From an uncultured delta proteobacterium (GTDB taxonomy: Bacteria > Desulfobacterota > Desulfobacteria > Desulfobacterales > QNYZ01), in contig CAWJQU010000005.1 in assembly GCA_963845145.1 (NCBI GenBank), forward strand, positions 288,001 to 352,000: DNA of 64,000 nt, written 5' to 3'. A program made the position numbers and the translations under genes. The notes under the pieces were generated by a model. The model saw only the letters and a list, made by a program, of their open reading frames with translations. It searched no databases and was not told where the DNA came from. Below, one piece after another: positions 61,223-64,000 of the stretch (positions are counted from its first letter, which is position 1; each line of letters starts with the position of its first letter).

Positions 61223-62737
61223 TTAGCGCCTATCCATCTCAATCGTATGAACCGCACAAACCTGGCAGGGATCGAATGAACGAATGATATGATAAGCTTC
61301 CACAGGATTATCGGGGTCTTCGATTTGGGTTCCTACCAGGGCCTCTTCCCAGGGGCCACGAATGCCGTCCGAATCCCGGGGCGATGCGTTCCAAGCGGTA
61401 GGCGTGATCACCTGATAGGATAAGATATGATCGTTTTGGATGATCACCCAATGCCCCAATGCCCCTCTGGGTGCCTCAATCAGACCGAATCCTCGGGTTG
61501 CGACCATGTCACCGTGATTCTGATAAACACTATCCGCTTTTTTAGCCATTTCTTCCAGGCAGCGCTCCAAGATGGGAATAATCTGCGCCGAACGAACCAG
61601 CCGCGCTAGTTCCCGGTTAAAAACGCTCGGGCCATCCAGGTTAATAAGATCGGTAAACAATGGATGAGAGGCGACAAGCATTTCGGCCAGAGGGCCGGTT
61701 TCAGCAGGCATTCCGTCATACCTCGGTGCCTTGGCCCAAGAGTAGCGACGGTCTTCGCTTCCCGTTGCATAGGGAATCGTTTCGCCCTCAAAAGGATGCC
61801 GCCCTTTTTCAATACCGGCAAACCAGGAGTGAGACGTATCTTCGGTGATTAATTTTTGGTTCAACGGATGAATCTTACCATCGGTATAAAAACCCGACGC
61901 CGCTAAAGGCGAGATTTCATCATCGTTTTCACCGCTGATTTCAGGGGGAAGATCCGAGATACCGAAGCTGAGATAATTTCCACATCCGGCGCCGATTTTT
62001 TCAAAGCCGGCTGCAGTGGCGAAGCGGATAAAAAAGCCGAGTTCGCTTTCTTGATGTGACGCTGCTTCATCCAGCCATGCCAATAAATTTGATTTGCTTT
62101 TTACTGCCGCCCATCGGTCCAACGAGCAACCCAAAACCTCTTGCTCGTACCATTTTCGAAAATTTTTCAATAAATAAGTCGATTGAATCACATCGCTGGC
62201 ACTGGGCATGGATACGACTCCGCCAGGCACCATGAAGGAGGAATGGGGCCATTGTCCCCCTAAAATGGAAACAATTTCTAAGATATTCCGGGTTTCACGA
62301 ATCGCGGCAAGTACCGAAGACCCTTTCAGGGGCGAATAGCGCTTCACCGCCTCTTCATACAGGGGATGGTTTTTATGGGCCACAGTCGTAAAATCAGGCA
62401 TGAAAAGTAACGCCGCGTGTCGAAAGTCATTCTGCAGTTGTTCCACTAAAAGGGTCGTTAGGCGTATACGCTTCGCATTGGCTGGAATCATGACGTCATA
62501 TAACATATCCAACGCCTTGACGGCTGCGTTCAAATGCGATGTCGTGCAAATACCGCATATGCGGGGGGTGATGACAAGTCCGTCCAAGGCGGCCCGGCCT
62601 ATCATCAGGTTCTCAAAACCCCGGTACATGGTTCCGGCACTCTGGGCATCAATGACGGTTCCGTTTTCCAATTCCAAGTGAATTTCCAGGTCGCCTTCCA
62701 CCCGGTTTAAGGGCAGTATTGTCTTTATTTTGCTCAT
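61223..62737 (-). CDS. Regulatory (H2-sensing, group 2b/2c-type) [NiFe] hydrogenase large subunit
   Basis: NRVEGDL, L1 PRICGIC, GQWPHSS, EAPRGALGHW and L2 SFDPCQVCAVH with only a 7-aa tail. Confidence 0.85.
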   Translation of the reverse strand: MSKIKTILPLNRVEGDLEIHLELENGTVIDAQSAGTMYRGFENLMIGRAALDGLVITPRICGICTTSHLNAAVKALDMLYDVMIPANAKRIRLTTLLVEQLQNDFRHAALLFMPDFTTVAHKNHPLYEEAVKRYSPLKGSSVLAAIRETRNILEIVSILGGQWPHSSFMVPGGVVSMPSASDVIQSTYLLKNFRKWYEQEVLGCSLDRWAAVKSKSNLLAWLDEAASHQESELGFFIRFATAAGFEKIGAGCGNYLSFGISDLPPEISGENDDEISPLAASGFYTDGKIHPLNQKLITEDTSHSWFAGIEKGRHPFEGETIPYATGSEDRRYSWAKAPRYDGMPAETGPLAEMLVASHPLFTDLINLDGPSVFNRELARLVRSAQIIPILERCLEEMAKKADSVYQNHGDMVATRGFGLIEAPRGALGHWVIIQNDHILSYQVITPTAWNASPRDSDGIRGPWEEALVGTQIEDPDNPVEAYHIIRSFDPCQVCAVHTIEMDRR

Positions 62738-62759
62738 AGGTCTTTCCTGCACACCGGCC

Positions 62760-63698
62760 TTATATACCGGTTTTCCGTGTTTTTAATCGTTGGGGTGCGG
62801 CGGCAGCGGCCATCCCTTTGTAGGCCATATAATGCGCACGGTTTATACCCTCCGGCAGTTCCAGAGGGATTCCTTCGATATTCCGGGTTTTGAAAAACGG
62901 ATAGGTTTGGGGAAAATCCGGCCGTGTGCATCCAAAGCAGGGAACACCCGCCCGTGTCTTGGATGAGCGGTTATTCCACAATAGTTTGTTGCATGGTCCA
63001 TGGGCGAGCGGACCGTGACACCCCATATGGAAAAACATGCATCCCTTTTCGCCGAACCCTTTATCTTCAACCCGATATTCATGATACTCATTGCGGGTAC
63101 ACCCTTGATGGACCATTAAGTTGTACCATTCCACCGGTGTCTGATGTTCGGTCAGGTCCAAAGTACCGCCCGATGCGAGAATGGATAGAGTCCCGGTTAA
63201 AATATCGGGGTGACAGGGGCACCCCGGCAGATTGATGACCGGCAGGCCGCTTTGGGTTAAAAAAGTTGCGCCCATGAACCCGCCCTTTTCCCATTTGCAG
63301 TATTGCATTCCGGTGGCTTCAGTTTCTTCATCGGCCCCGAATCCTCCGAAGCTGGCGCAGGTCCCAACGGCTAAAACATAGCGTGCCTTCCTTGCCAAGG
63401 TTGCGACAAGGTCTTTTTTCGGCTGATCGGATGCCATATCGTACAGGCCGGTCCCCCTGGGACCTCGGATAATAGCCCCTTCAATGCAGAGTAAATCCAG
63501 CTTTTGCCGGTCTTTTTTCAAATCCGCCAGCAGTTGTTTGTGATCCATTCCGTTCATAGTGGATATCGAAGGGTGCCATAACAGTTCAATTTGCAACGTT
63601 TCGAACAGCTCGACGATATTTGGTGTGGCCACGTTGAACAAAGACCACGTATCACCACCACACCCACCGCAGTGCAGCCAGTAAAGGGTTAAACCCAT
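62760..63698 (-). CDS. Regulatory [NiFe] hydrogenase small subunit (HupU/HoxB-like, cytoplasmic)
   Basis: No Tat signal; CGGCGGD, LLWHPS, PGCPCHP, VHQGCTRNEY and a HoxB-type C-terminal tail (PLELPEG...YKGMAAAAAP). Confidence 0.85.
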   Translation of the reverse strand: MGLTLYWLHCGGCGGDTWSLFNVATPNIVELFETLQIELLWHPSISTMNGMDHKQLLADLKKDRQKLDLLCIEGAIIRGPRGTGLYDMASDQPKKDLVATLARKARYVLAVGTCASFGGFGADEETEATGMQYCKWEKGGFMGATFLTQSGLPVINLPGCPCHPDILTGTLSILASGGTLDLTEHQTPVEWYNLMVHQGCTRNEYHEYRVEDKGFGEKGCMFFHMGCHGPLAHGPCNKLLWNNRSSKTRAGVPCFGCTRPDFPQTYPFFKTRNIEGIPLELPEGINRAHYMAYKGMAAAAAPQRLKTRKTGI

Positions 63699-63741
63699 TA
63701 TCGCACTCCTTACCTAATAATTAGTCCCGCTACTTGGGGCA

Positions 63742-64000
63742 TTATTTAGAAGCCATTCGATTTATTGCCTGCTTAAGGGCTATATCAAGCAAATTTCGTT
63801 GAATCGGTTTGTGAAGCAGTGTTGTCGCGGCCAGATCAAGCGCCTGTTCTGCCAGGGCTTTGTCGCCATGACCGGTCATCACAATCACTTGGACTGTCGG
63901 ATCAATGGCTTTGAGTGTTTTTAAAACGGTCAGCCCGTCCATTCCGGGCATTTTAATGTCTGTAAAGACAATGCCGGGTTTTTTTTCTTTAAAGATGTCG
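63742..64000 (-). CDS. Response-regulator receiver domain protein (5' end beyond the window)
   Basis: VFTDIKMPGMDGL, VIVMTGHG and KP motifs; the protein ends right after the receiver domain. Confidence 0.85.
   Translation of the reverse strand, partial: DIFKEKKPGIVFTDIKMPGMDGLTVLKTLKAIDPTVQVIVMTGHGDKALAEQALDLAATTLLHKPIQRNLLDIALKQAINRMASK

Noticed and set aside
1..64000. tRNA/rRNA genes, CRISPR arrays, transposases, integrases or prophage genes
   Set aside because: None were recognisable by eye or in the ORF track; tRNAscan, Infernal and CRISPR finders were not run.

Overview
This is a 64 kb chromosomal segment of an anaerobic deltaproteobacterium; the gene content suggests a Desulfobacterales-like sulfate reducer (inference). 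It begins with the end of a pyrimidine-utilisation unit (nitrilase-family amidohydrolase and NCS2 permease), followed by a sigma54-preceded prkA-yeaH-spoVR-prkA2 operon and an RCK K+ channel. Next come a SerK/SbnI-like free-serine kinase paired with an ACT-ACT-SerB whose HAD motifs are degenerate, pcm/yqaA, a Fic protein and an M20 amidohydrolase. A peptide-ABC + M19 dipeptidase + XRE regulator + saccharopine-dehydrogenase operon follows, then a housekeeping run (rimO-ispB-...-ntrYX-rsmD-coaD-nrdJ) and an mxdABC-like c-di-GMP/GT2/TolC/HlyD polysaccharide locus. The window ends in a ~15 kb hydrogenase island: apbE, hypEDFC, a maturation protease, a periplasmic group-1 [NiFe] hydrogenase, a PAS-LuxR regulator, a multi-PAS histidine kinase, an H2-sensing group-2 hydrogenase and a receiver protein. 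The most striking observations are: (1) an in-frame UGA, followed by a SECIS-like hairpin, at the second Cys of the N-terminal RxCGxC motif of the uptake hydrogenase large subunit, which is not the canonical [NiFeSe] position; (2) the serine kinase / pseudo-phosphatase pair; (3) an H2-sensor-to-uptake-hydrogenase regulatory cascade. Many genes at 33.8-38.7, 42.1 and 52.8-56.0 kb are broken by single-base indels, most likely long-read consensus errors. No rRNA, tRNA, CRISPR array or transposase was seen.
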